DNA of 56,517 nucleotides from Candidatus Nomurabacteria bacterium. Its GTDB lineage: Bacteria > Patescibacteriota > Minisyncoccia > Phycocordibacterales > UBA5272. The position numbers and the translations under genes were made by a program. The notes below the pieces were generated by a model. The model did not search any database and had not been told where the DNA came from. It saw nothing but the letters and a program-made list of their open reading frames with translations. The first letter of the stretch is position 1, and each line of letters opens with the position of its first letter. This document shows, piece after piece, positions 16,573 to 24,502 of this stretch. The stretch is taken from positions 1-56,517 of the forward strand of contig JAQBRF010000002.1 of assembly GCA_028286645.1 (NCBI GenBank). The letters run 5' to 3'.

Positions 16573-17328
16573 TTAATCCCCAGGATGTTCCTTATCCCAT
16601 AGGAGTCTTTCAATTGCCGCATCTTGAGCAATCTTATAGTCTTTAATAAGAACAGAAGCACCTGCGGTTTTTGCATTCTCTGAATAAAATGCTCTGTCGC
16701 GGCCCTCTTTATCACCCAAGAATAACATTTCTTCTTCGTCTGAGTTAAATTCTCTTTTTGCTTCTTCATACGTTGAACTCATAACTTTCATGTTTCCATC
16801 CGAATCTCTAATAACCAACTTACCGTCAGAGAATACCACCTTTGTTCCGTCGGTGGTGACTCCGACAATTTCTTTTCCATCATCAATAATCCGCGCCCAG
16901 ACATCTCCCCCCTCTTTTACGGTAACACCGATTAATCTAGAATAAACACCTGTATTTGGATTAAACAAATAATCTTCTAAGCCCGAGGATTCACCTGGAA
17001 AACCTTTTTGCTTCTTCTGTAAGTCCTCCCGTAGGAAATTTTCTGTATAGGCGTCAATTGTTCTAAAATCATCCGGCGATATACCGGTTAACATGCTTCT
17101 GACTTTAAGCATGTTTTCGTATTCTCCTCGATTTTCGTACAAAGATTCTGTTTTGTTGTCTAAATCACTCATAGACTTATCCTCTTGCGGTAAATCATAT
17201 TTAGCACTTAAACTTTCCATTCTTGCCGCATGTTGCGCGGGTGTTTCTGCAGGAGAGGCTTCTTCTGCGCTTGCCATTTCGAGATTTAGAGAATTGCTTT
17301 CTGATGCGAAATCTGGTGAGTTTTTCAT
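16573..17328 (-). CDS. Hypothetical acidic soluble protein
   Basis: 251-aa ORF with TATAAT 6 nt before the ATG. No family recognised. Confidence 0.5.
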   Translation of the reverse strand: MKNSPDFASESNSLNLEMASAEEASPAETPAQHAARMESLSAKYDLPQEDKSMSDLDNKTESLYENRGEYENMLKVRSMLTGISPDDFRTIDAYTENFLREDLQKKQKGFPGESSGLEDYLFNPNTGVYSRLIGVTVKEGGDVWARIIDDGKEIVGVTTDGTKVVFSDGKLVIRDSDGNMKVMSSTYEEAKREFNSDEEEMLFLGDKEGRDRAFYSENAKTAGASVLIKDYKIAQDAAIERLLWDKEHPGD

Positions 17329-17469
17329 TTTTTAATTATAAACCTTTCTAGCAGGAAAGAAACCGCTGTTCTTTCCTTTTTTGGATGCATATATAAGTCA
17401 AATTAAATGTAAATATCACTTTATTCTACTATAAATCACCAAAGAATAAACAAAAACTAATTATCAATT

Positions 17470-17922
17470 TTAGGGTCCCCCTTCTAATTTTTGGCTCATC
17501 TTTTCTATCATTTTAGCCATATCATTTACGACTCCCTGAGACATTCCCTGAAAAACCTTATCAGCTACATCTTGGGCCACCTTATTTGTCGAGATCGGCA
17601 TCCCGTTTGTATCCTTTAAATCATATTTGAAAGAAGCCAGTGACTGTTTGATATCCAGCTTCCCCTCCGTGTCTAGATTTTCAATTGAAGCTTCAACCAG
17701 GTTTTCATTTACTTGTGAAAAATCAATAGGTAAATTATTTTGAAGCATGTGATTAGACAATGCCGTAAGGAAGAGCTGTTTAAAATATGCATCTTTTAAA
17801 GCTTTGTTTAAGATGCTCATTGTATCTTTAGTATCAAGATCGGTTTCTAATCTATCTAATTCTGGATTAAAGCGCTCTAATATCTCCTGATCAGATTCAT
17901 TTCCTTTGTGGGCTTCTAGCAT
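17470..17922 (-). CDS. Hypothetical helical protein
   Basis: 150-aa ORF with TATACT 7 nt before the ATG. No family recognised. Confidence 0.5.
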   Translation of the reverse strand: MLEAHKGNESDQEILERFNPELDRLETDLDTKDTMSILNKALKDAYFKQLFLTALSNHMLQNNLPIDFSQVNENLVEASIENLDTEGKLDIKQSLASFKYDLKDTNGMPISTNKVAQDVADKVFQGMSQGVVNDMAKMIEKMSQKLEGGP

Positions 17923-17954
17923 GGCTTAAAGTATATATCGAATTATTCATTAAT

Positions 17955-17982
17955 AAAAGAGCACCTCTAGAGGTGCTCTTTT
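17955..17982. terminator. Palindromic bidirectional terminator hairpin
   Basis: AAAAGAGCACCTCTAGAGGTGCTCTTTT. Confidence 0.65.
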
Positions 17983-17999
17983 ATTAATGCGCTACGTAT

Positions 18000-18024
18000 G
18001 GCTAATCCGCAAAGCGGACGCCCG
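18000..18024. repeat. GGCTAATCCG-[variable hairpin]-CGGACGCCCG module, copy 2
   Basis: GGCTAATCCGC-aaa-GCGGACGCCCG has the same flanks as 7901-7940 with a shorter internal stem. Confidence 0.5.
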
Positions 18025-18030
18025 GTTGCA

Positions 18031-18234
18031 CTAATGGGCAACATAGGGAAGTAGTCCCATGAAGCGGGCGCGCTTTATTGAGTTCGCTAAAGCTCGCTGA
18101 TTCTTGGCAGTAAGGCCGGTTTTTCTTCTATTTAAGATTCTTGCATGTGGATTTAAGAATTTAACTAGGATTTCTGTATCCTTATAGTCGATAAACTTTA
18201 TATTGTTTTGGTTAAAATAATCTTGTTTTTTCAT
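18031..18234 (-). CDS. rpsR: 30S ribosomal protein S18
   Basis: FIDYKDTEILVKFLNPHARILNRRKTGLTAKNQRALANSIKRARFMGLLPY is typical of S18. Confidence 0.9.
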   Translation of the reverse strand: MKKQDYFNQNNIKFIDYKDTEILVKFLNPHARILNRRKTGLTAKNQRALANSIKRARFMGLLPYVAH

Positions 18235-18272
18235 AAGTGTATTTGTTAATTTGTTTTAAGTTAAATTGTTTT

Positions 18273-18371
18273 AGATACGCGAAGCTTAGAAATTTTACGA
18301 GAGAGATGTACATATTAGTACATTGATCGAGTAAAACTTTCGTAGCGACAAAGTAGATGAAATGATTTTAC
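18273..18371 (-). repeat. Conserved ~95-nt structured intergenic element, copy A (ssb-rpsR spacer)
   Basis: Aligns along its whole length with 36383-36472. Shared blocks are CGTAGCGACAAAG, GCGAAGC and GATTTT. Two nested stems carry compensatory changes (details in findings). Confidence 0.65.
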
Positions 18372-18833
18372 TTAAAATGGTATGTCGTCAACATTAATAT
18401 TGGCATCTCCATAATCAATGGTATCCAAATCCGGCACAGATGAAGTTGGCGCTGGAGTGCTGGAATCTTTTTGGAAGGATCCCGCTCCTTCACCTCCACT
18501 TCCTCCTTTAGGACCGAACTGTACAGCATCCGCAATGATTTCAGTTCTGTATTTCTTCTCTCCTGAGGTTTTATCATCCCAGGATCTCGTTTGAATTCTT
18601 CCTTCAATCATTACTCCTTGGCCTTTCTTTAAGTACTGAGCAGATGTTTCTGCTTGTCGGCCGAATACTACGATATTATGATACTCAGTATTTTCCTTTC
18701 TGTTACCATCTTTGTCTTTATAAACACGATTAGTCGCAAGTGAAAACGAAGTAACTTTAGCACCCGATGGAAGAGATTTCATCTCAGGGTCTCGAGTTAG
18801 ATTTCCGTATAAATATACTTTATTTAGATACAT
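18372..18833 (-). CDS. ssb: Single-stranded DNA-binding protein
   Basis: OB-fold N-terminus (NKVYLYGNLTRDPE...YHNIVVFGRQAE), Gly-rich linker, and acidic tail ending DDIPF. TGaTATAAT lies 6 nt before the ATG. Confidence 0.9.
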   Translation of the reverse strand: MYLNKVYLYGNLTRDPEMKSLPSGAKVTSFSLATNRVYKDKDGNRKENTEYHNIVVFGRQAETSAQYLKKGQGVMIEGRIQTRSWDDKTSGEKKYRTEIIADAVQFGPKGGSGGEGAGSFQKDSSTPAPTSSVPDLDTIDYGDANINVDDIPF

Positions 18834-18910
18834 AATTTTATTATATCAGATTACAGACATCAGAGTCCAGATTGCAGTTTTTCTGATACCGGTCTTCTTC
18901 TCTCTGGTTT

Positions 18911-19453
18911 CTACTTCACTTCTTCGCCAGTTACTTCAGGAGTGACTTCTGGTAACTCATCTGCTGGAGGAATTATGGCAGTTTCTGATCCTGCGATTAC
19001 TTCTTCCGGCATAGTAGTTGTATCAATATCGTCTTCATTGTTTACAAGAGATTCTGCCTTTATGACAGGAGCTCTTTTTGTGTAGACGGTGTTTTCACGT
19101 ACTGTTTTAACAACTAAATATCTAACAACTTCTTCATCTAACTTTATGCTTTTTTCTAATTCCTTTACCTTTTCACCATCTAATTCGAATTTGATCCATC
19201 CAAAGTACCCTTCATTAAAGCGCACATTAATATTGTTAACGACGCGGATCATTTCATAGGCAAGCTCCCTCATATATGGGGCTTCTTCTGAGATGAAGCT
19301 ACCTCCTAGGGTAGCAATAGACTGCTTGATTGCGTCGGCTTTCTCAAGCGCTTTGTTTTCGTCAATCTTATTATCAAAGATATAAGATATTTCGTAAACT
19401 CGGCTGTCTACTATGGTTTCATTATTTTCAGTCATAGGAGCATACTCTACCAT
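18911..19453 (-). CDS. rpsF: 30S ribosomal protein S6 with acidic C-terminal extension
   Basis: VYEISYIF...APYMRELAYEM...GYFGWIKFE...VVRYLVVK matches S6, in the conserved rpsF-ssb-rpsR order. An alternative start at Met7 (19435) is preceded by TGgTAGAGT-N8. Confidence 0.8.
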   Translation of the reverse strand: MVEYAPMTENNETIVDSRVYEISYIFDNKIDENKALEKADAIKQSIATLGGSFISEEAPYMRELAYEMIRVVNNINVRFNEGYFGWIKFELDGEKVKELEKSIKLDEEVVRYLVVKTVRENTVYTKRAPVIKAESLVNNEDDIDTTTMPEEVIAGSETAIIPPADELPEVTPEVTGEEVK

Positions 19454-19461
19454 TAATTAGG

Positions 19462-19493
19462 TAAAAAATAAAGGCCCCGCCAAAGCGGGAGCC
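19462..19493 (-). terminator. Intrinsic terminator of 19509..19982
   Basis: The minus strand reads GGCUCCCGC-UUUG-GCGGGGCC followed by UUUAUUUUUU. Confidence 0.7.
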
Positions 19494-19508
19494 TAATAGA
19501 GCCGATCG

Positions 19509-19982
19509 TCAAACCCCCTCACTTTGGTTTTTCCACTCTTGGAGCGATCTGATAAATTCCTTGAAAATTGGGTCAGTGAGTTGGACCGCTTCACCCGTTT
19601 TATCGACCACACAACTTCTCACGAAATTCAGGTGGCGATGAAATGCGTTGTAGTAGTCGCTCCCGTCTCGAAATGTGAAGCATTCGAAGATATTGGACAA
19701 CCTCTCGAATTCTTCGTCGGGAGAAAAAACTGACCCGAGAGGAGCCACCGCTCCCTTATCCTGAAAAGAGGTATGGAAGTAATGCTCCGCATCCATTCCC
19801 CAGTAAGGGACCTGGGTCTTTTCGCAGGAAAAGTACAGCTCCTTATCTCGATCTTGTCCATGAGCCACCCAAAACTTCGGGGCCACGACAATTCCGAAAC
19901 GACTACGTTTCAAATCATTGGAATCTTTCACGAACACGATGCTTCCCGGCGGTACTTCAAGTACGTATTGATGCTTTGACAT
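19509..19982 (-). CDS. Hypothetical protein (GC-rich islet 2)
   Basis: ORF at about 48-55% GC. Start moved to the ATG at 19982, which is preceded by AGGAGA (19989-19994); the listed ORF begins at a GTG at 20006. No family recognised. Confidence 0.5.
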   Translation of the reverse strand: MSKHQYVLEVPPGSIVFVKDSNDLKRSRFGIVVAPKFWVAHGQDRDKELYFSCEKTQVPYWGMDAEHYFHTSFQDKGAVAPLGSVFSPDEEFERLSNIFECFTFRDGSDYYNAFHRHLNFVRSCVVDKTGEAVQLTDPIFKEFIRSLQEWKNQSEGV

Positions 19983-20043
19983 GCTATGTCTCCTATGATG
20001 TTCCACTAATGAGAATAAACACTGGAGGAAGACCTTCGTTTAA

Positions 20044-20071
20044 ATACTACGCTTATAATCTTTTAAGTCAA
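20044..20071 (-). promoter_or_regulatory. Sigma70-type promoter for 19509..19982
   Basis: Minus strand TTGACT (20066-20071), 16-nt spacer, TAGTAT (20044-20049). Confidence 0.5.
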
Positions 20072-20083
20072 AGCGTCTTAACT

Positions 20084-20110
20084 TAAAATAAAGCCCACCG
20101 AAGTGGGGGT
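20084..20110 (-). terminator. Intrinsic terminator of 20120..20473
   Basis: The minus strand reads CCCAC-UUCG-GUGGG followed by CUUUAUUUUAAG. Confidence 0.65.
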
Positions 20111-20119
20111 GCCTCACCT

Positions 20120-20473
20120 TCAAAGATTGGTGAAGAGGTTGATGTCGGCCACATAGTGGGGGCTCGCCTGAACACATGTGAGCAGAGTGAAGGTGCCATC
20201 TTTGATCATGCGTTGTATGTTACGAATCAAAGATGTCGCTGGCGTGTTAAAAATGGCGAGAATGAGGACCCTTTGGTCAGGTCGCACCCAAAAAAGAACG
20301 AACCTCCTGGTGGTGCCCACGCGCAGGTGTTTAAGTCCTGGGTCATCTACACCCACGAACTTATACTCTCCGGCAATGCCCACTTCGATAAGAAGGTCTG
20401 TCCTTTCCAGACGGTGGACACTCCCCACAAGATAAGAAATGTCGCTAGTTGATAACCTCTGCCGAGACTTCAA
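20120..20473 (-). CDS. Hypothetical protein (GC-rich islet 2, TTG start)
   Basis: 117-aa ORF at about 55% GC. AAGGAG lies 7 nt before the TTG start, and the stop is TGA. No family recognised. Confidence 0.45.
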   Translation of the reverse strand: MKSRQRLSTSDISYLVGSVHRLERTDLLIEVGIAGEYKFVGVDDPGLKHLRVGTTRRFVLFWVRPDQRVLILAIFNTPATSLIRNIQRMIKDGTFTLLTCVQASPHYVADINLFTNL

Positions 20474-20528
20474 AATACTCTCCTTGGTGGATCTAACATT
20501 TATATCCTCTACTTTTAACCAAAAAAAG

Positions 20529-21353
20529 TCAAATGCCGAATGTTCTTCTCGCGTTTTTTAAAAGCTGCTCCCTTACTTTTTCCCCAGCCTCTCCTTTTAT
20601 TTCTGCTATTTTCGCCACTACATCTTTTACATTTCTAGGATCATTTCTTTTTCCTCTATTTGGGACTGGAGTAGCGTATGGGCTATCAGTTTCTGCATGG
20701 ATATGTTCTAATGGGATAAATCTAACCACTTCCTCGTATTCAGAAGCAAACGTTATTACCCCGGAAAAGCTCATGGTAAATCCTATATCTATAAACCTTT
20801 TTGCTATTTCAATATTCCCAACAAAAAAATGAGCGTTTCCCTGTAACTTTTCTCCATGCTTTTCTTCGTAATTTTCTAAGAGCTCAAGCATATCTTCATA
20901 AGCGTCCATTTTTCCCTTGCTTGGTCGTCCGTGAACCATGAGAGGCTTATTCACTTCAAGAGCAAGCTTGATCTGAGCATCAAAAATTATTTTCTGGCGC
21001 AGTTTCTCATCGAGAATGGCACGAGGGTTTCCCGGATCTTCTTGTAAGCGATAATAATCCAGTCCGCATTCCCCTATGGCTACTACTTTCTTGCTTTTTA
21101 GTAATTCTTTGTATTCTGAAATATGTTCGTGAAATATTTCTTCCATGTTATCCGTCGGATGAAGACCAACTGTGGCGTATAAATTGTCATGGAGTTCCGC
21201 CAAAGCTACAGCCTTCTTGCTTTCCGTAATATCAGACCCGACTAAAATTGTCCCGATATTCTTATTCTTCATATCATCTATGATATAGTCTCTATCCTCA
21301 TCAAAAGATTTATCGTGAAGATGGGAATGAATGTCAAAAAATGAATAGTTCAT
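20529..21353 (-). CDS. tatD: TatD-family metal-dependent hydrolase/DNase
   Basis: FDIHSHLHD, GECGLDYY, MVHGR and HAETDSPY motifs of the TatD amidohydrolase fold. Confidence 0.85.
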   Translation of the reverse strand: MNYSFFDIHSHLHDKSFDEDRDYIIDDMKNKNIGTILVGSDITESKKAVALAELHDNLYATVGLHPTDNMEEIFHEHISEYKELLKSKKVVAIGECGLDYYRLQEDPGNPRAILDEKLRQKIIFDAQIKLALEVNKPLMVHGRPSKGKMDAYEDMLELLENYEEKHGEKLQGNAHFFVGNIEIAKRFIDIGFTMSFSGVITFASEYEEVVRFIPLEHIHAETDSPYATPVPNRGKRNDPRNVKDVVAKIAEIKGEAGEKVREQLLKNARRTFGI

Positions 21354-21946
21354 ATGGTAGTTTTTTTCCTAAGGGCATACATTTCTCCTGGCACAGGTAA
21401 CATATCCATAGCTTTCATGACATCATCATTTGAAAGAAATTCGGGTTCTTGCGAAAGAGTAAAGAGGTCTTCATATGTATCTGCGTATTCTATAAATAGC
21501 CTCTTTGCAACATCTGGAGTATATGAGTCCATAATTACAATCTCTCCATGCAAAGACAAGACTCGGGCCAATTCAGAAAAAAGTTTTTTAAGATGCTCTT
21601 TAGCTAATTCAGGGAAAATCCCATGCAACGGAGAAGGCTGAGAATTTCCCTGCACCTTGCCAACCTCCATTCCTGAATTGCCAAAAAAATTCCTAGCTAA
21701 AATATATTTAAATTCTCCATCTCTAAAAGGTAGGTTGTAGGCCTTGGCGATAACTCTGGGCACTTTTTCTGAATCATTTAGATTATTTTCTTTTAACATT
21801 GCTTTTGCACTCATGTCTGAAATAACAGAAAAGCCCATGTTAACGCCGGATTTCTTTAAGTAGTCTACAATCGGTCTAAAACCTGCGCCAATTTCCAATA
21901 TCTTTTCAGGAGGACTTTCGATATTTCTTTCAGGTGAAAATTCCAT
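21350..21946 (-). CDS. Class I SAM-dependent methyltransferase-like protein
   Basis: Motif I-like ILEIGAGF plus an acidic motif II region. Start placed at Met32 (21946), one nt after the metG stop; the listed ORF overlaps metG up to 22039. Confidence 0.45.
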   Translation of the reverse strand: MEFSPERNIESPPEKILEIGAGFRPIVDYLKKSGVNMGFSVISDMSAKAMLKENNLNDSEKVPRVIAKAYNLPFRDGEFKYILARNFFGNSGMEVGKVQGNSQPSPLHGIFPELAKEHLKKLFSELARVLSLHGEIVIMDSYTPDVAKRLFIEYADTYEDLFTLSQEPEFLSNDDVMKAMDMLPVPGEMYALRKKTTI

Positions 21947-21947
21947 A

Positions 21948-23426
21948 TTATAATCGCGCAAAAAGCGGTTTTTCTGGCATTTTGTTAACACTGATAGTTT
22001 CCTTAATCTTTTCTGCCGTTCTCGGAATAATCGGTTCAAGCATTATAGCTACCTCCCATAAATTTCTGACAAGTTTATAAATCATTTCTTTTCCACGAGC
22101 TTCATCCACTTTTATAACCTTAAATGGCTCATTTGTTTGCATATACTCATCCATCTTTTGTGTCGTCTGAGTTATAGCTTCTACTGCTTTTTTTATATCA
22201 TACGCGTTCAAGTTTTGTATATACTGTTTATATAAATCATCATCTTTATAAGTTTCGCTCCATTTGTACTCCTCTGATAGAGTAACTTTATATGTTTCGG
22301 CTAATTTCATAATGCGGTTAGTAAGATTGCCTATACCATTTGCTAAATAAGCCGAATATATATCTTTGATGCTTGTGATGTCAATATTAGTATCTTCAAA
22401 CGAAGGAAGCTGCAGCAAAAAGAATCTTAGTACGTCCTCCGGAAAATCCGTAAATGGTTTAAATAATTCTACTACCTCGTAAGGATTTATAACATTCCCT
22501 AATGACTTACTCATTTTTCTTCCATCGACTCCATTTATAAAACCATTAATTATGATTTTTTTAGATGGGTTAAGTCCTGCTGAGATTAGCATAGCTTGCC
22601 ACATCGAAGATTGCTGGCGATTATTATCTTTTCCGCAATATTGGATAACCCCACCTGATTGATTCCACCACTTTTCAAAAGTATCCTTATCATGCGGCCA
22701 TCCAATTGCTGAAATATAACTAACTAAAGCATCAAACCATACATACATGACTTGTGTCTCGTCCCCTGGTACAGGTATTCCCCAAGGCATTTTAGATTTT
22801 AAACGCGAAATAGAAAAGTCCTCTAAGCCTCTTTCTGTCCACTTCAAGGTTTCATTAAAGCGAAATTGAGGAGTGATAAAATCAGGATGTTCTTTATATA
22901 AAGACATGAGTTTATCTTGGTACTTTGAATACTTAAAAAAATAATTTTCTTCTTCGCGAATTTCAATTTCAAGGTTTGTGTGGAGTGGGCATTTACCGTC
23001 TACTAACTCACTGTCGGTTTTTTCCAGTTCACAGCCATTGCAATATTTCACCTTATACTGTTTTTTATAAATATCGCCGGTCTCATCGCATAATTTCCAA
23101 AATTTCTTCGCTGCTTCTATATGTTTTTCATCTGTAGTACGGACAAAACTACTAATAGAAAGATTAAGAGCTTCTATAAGTTCAGAAAACTTGGCGCTAT
23201 AAATATCCACATATTCCTGAGGAGTTTTGCCAGCGAGTGTCGCCTCTTCAAAGATTTTAACTCCATGTTCATCTGTTCCTGTATTAAAAAAAACTTCTTC
23301 GTTTAATGAATTATGGTATCGAGCAATAGCATCCGCACGTACTATTTCCATAGCAAAGCCGATATGCGGATCCGAGTTCACATAAGGAAGCGTGGTGGTA
23401 ATGTAAAAAGGTTTTTTAGATGGCAT
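21948..23426 (-). CDS. metG: Methionyl-tRNA synthetase
   Basis: HIGH-type PYVNSDPHIGFA, zinc knuckles CNGCE...CPLH, and KMSKS as RKMSKSLGN. Start placed at Met9 (23426), just after the upstream stop; the listed ORF extends to 23450. Confidence 0.9.
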   Translation of the reverse strand: MPSKKPFYITTTLPYVNSDPHIGFAMEIVRADAIARYHNSLNEEVFFNTGTDEHGVKIFEEATLAGKTPQEYVDIYSAKFSELIEALNLSISSFVRTTDEKHIEAAKKFWKLCDETGDIYKKQYKVKYCNGCELEKTDSELVDGKCPLHTNLEIEIREEENYFFKYSKYQDKLMSLYKEHPDFITPQFRFNETLKWTERGLEDFSISRLKSKMPWGIPVPGDETQVMYVWFDALVSYISAIGWPHDKDTFEKWWNQSGGVIQYCGKDNNRQQSSMWQAMLISAGLNPSKKIIINGFINGVDGRKMSKSLGNVINPYEVVELFKPFTDFPEDVLRFFLLQLPSFEDTNIDITSIKDIYSAYLANGIGNLTNRIMKLAETYKVTLSEEYKWSETYKDDDLYKQYIQNLNAYDIKKAVEAITQTTQKMDEYMQTNEPFKVIKVDEARGKEMIYKLVRNLWEVAIMLEPIIPRTAEKIKETISVNKMPEKPLFARL

Positions 23427-24459
23427 TCTTTCTTTTGTCAAAATCAGCAACTAGCTCCATAAACACTGAAGCTAGCGGAACGGCTAATATTATTCCCCAG
23501 ATACCTGCAAACTTCGCGCCAATTATAACGGCCACGATTACGATAATAGATGGGACCCCAACTAACTTAGTCATAACTCTCGGCACAAGCACATGATTTT
23601 CCAACTGATGGATGATAATAAATATTACCGCGACTATTCCTAATAAAGAACCTCCTCCATGAGCATAAGCTAAGAATAATCCCGGGACCACAGAAAATAG
23701 TAGACCGACAATAGGAATGAGTTCTCCAAAAAATGCAAGTATCGCAAGTAATGCAGCGTATGGAATACCTAAAATAAGCATTGGGATGAGCACGAGAATT
23801 CCCATTATAAATGATAGCAGAAGCTGTCCCTGTACCCATAGTCCGATCTTTCTTTGGGATCTTATCATTATATCCTTTATGTATTCTTCATAGCTTTTTG
23901 GAAAAATTAAATGCAAGAACTTTTCCACCCCTCTTTCTTGAAGAGAAAGATAAAATGCCATAACAAACACTATAATAATATTCACTACAGAACCAAGTAA
24001 GGCCGTCGTGGTAGCGAAGAAACTTCCAGCGCCGAACAATGTTTCTTTCGCCACTGTAAGAATTTGCGTTCCGGATATTTCACCTGAATAAGCCTGAAGA
24101 GAGGCAGAGAGATCGCGAAAGCCTAAGTCCTTGCCGAAGATCCTAAATGAATCTAATAGCTGTGGGAGATTATGGATAAATCGCGCAGCATCATCTGCAA
24201 GCGGTGGGACAACTACCGCGACTAAAGAAGCAATTATTGCTACAAAGATAATAAAAATAGCTGCGACAGATAGACCGCGGGATAACCCCCATTTCATTAA
24301 CGACTTAATAGGCATTTCTGCGGCGGATGCCAATACCACCGCCACAAGCAAAGCAATGATCACATCGCGCGCGTAGTAAAGCCCGGCAAAAAAGGCAATC
24401 CAAAGTATAGTTTTAATAATAGTAGACGAGGCTACGGTAATGCGTACATTTTCTTTCAT
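23416..24459 (-). CDS. AI-2E family (PerM-like) transporter
   Basis: 347 aa, about 8 TM. The layout and the C-terminal GELIPIVG...ILAVPL pattern are typical of AI-2E/PerM. TGaTAGGAT lies 6 nt before the ATG. Confidence 0.7.
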   Translation of the reverse strand: MKENVRITVASSTIIKTILWIAFFAGLYYARDVIIALLVAVVLASAAEMPIKSLMKWGLSRGLSVAAIFIIFVAIIASLVAVVVPPLADDAARFIHNLPQLLDSFRIFGKDLGFRDLSASLQAYSGEISGTQILTVAKETLFGAGSFFATTTALLGSVVNIIIVFVMAFYLSLQERGVEKFLHLIFPKSYEEYIKDIMIRSQRKIGLWVQGQLLLSFIMGILVLIPMLILGIPYAALLAILAFFGELIPIVGLLFSVVPGLFLAYAHGGGSLLGIVAVIFIIIHQLENHVLVPRVMTKLVGVPSIIVIVAVIIGAKFAGIWGIILAVPLASVFMELVADFDKRKNAI

Positions 24460-24502
24460 TGCTTTATCCTATCATAGGAATATTCTATTTGCCACGAAAG
24501 AT

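Noticed and set aside
16569-16769. 66-aa ORF overlapping the 3' end of 16573..17328
   Set aside because: It is an alternative frame of a longer, better-supported ORF on the same strand.
19524-20452. Alternative-frame ORFs in GC-rich islet 2 (19524..19733, 19628..19891, 19773..19979, 20156..20452, 20178..20435)
   Set aside because: The GC-driven open-frame explanation applies here too. The chosen frames are the longest and are the ones equipped with an SD, promoter and terminator.
19509-20473. Toxin-antitoxin pair interpretation of the two islet-2 genes
   Set aside because: The genes are separated by a terminator and a promoter rather than being co-transcribed or overlapping. Neither product shows a known toxin or antitoxin (HTH/RHH) signature, so they are kept only as orphan acquired genes.
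21947-22039. N-terminal extension of the methyltransferase-like ORF
   Set aside because: It overlaps the metG 3' end. Met32 at 21946 follows the metG stop by one nucleotide, which is typical operon spacing.
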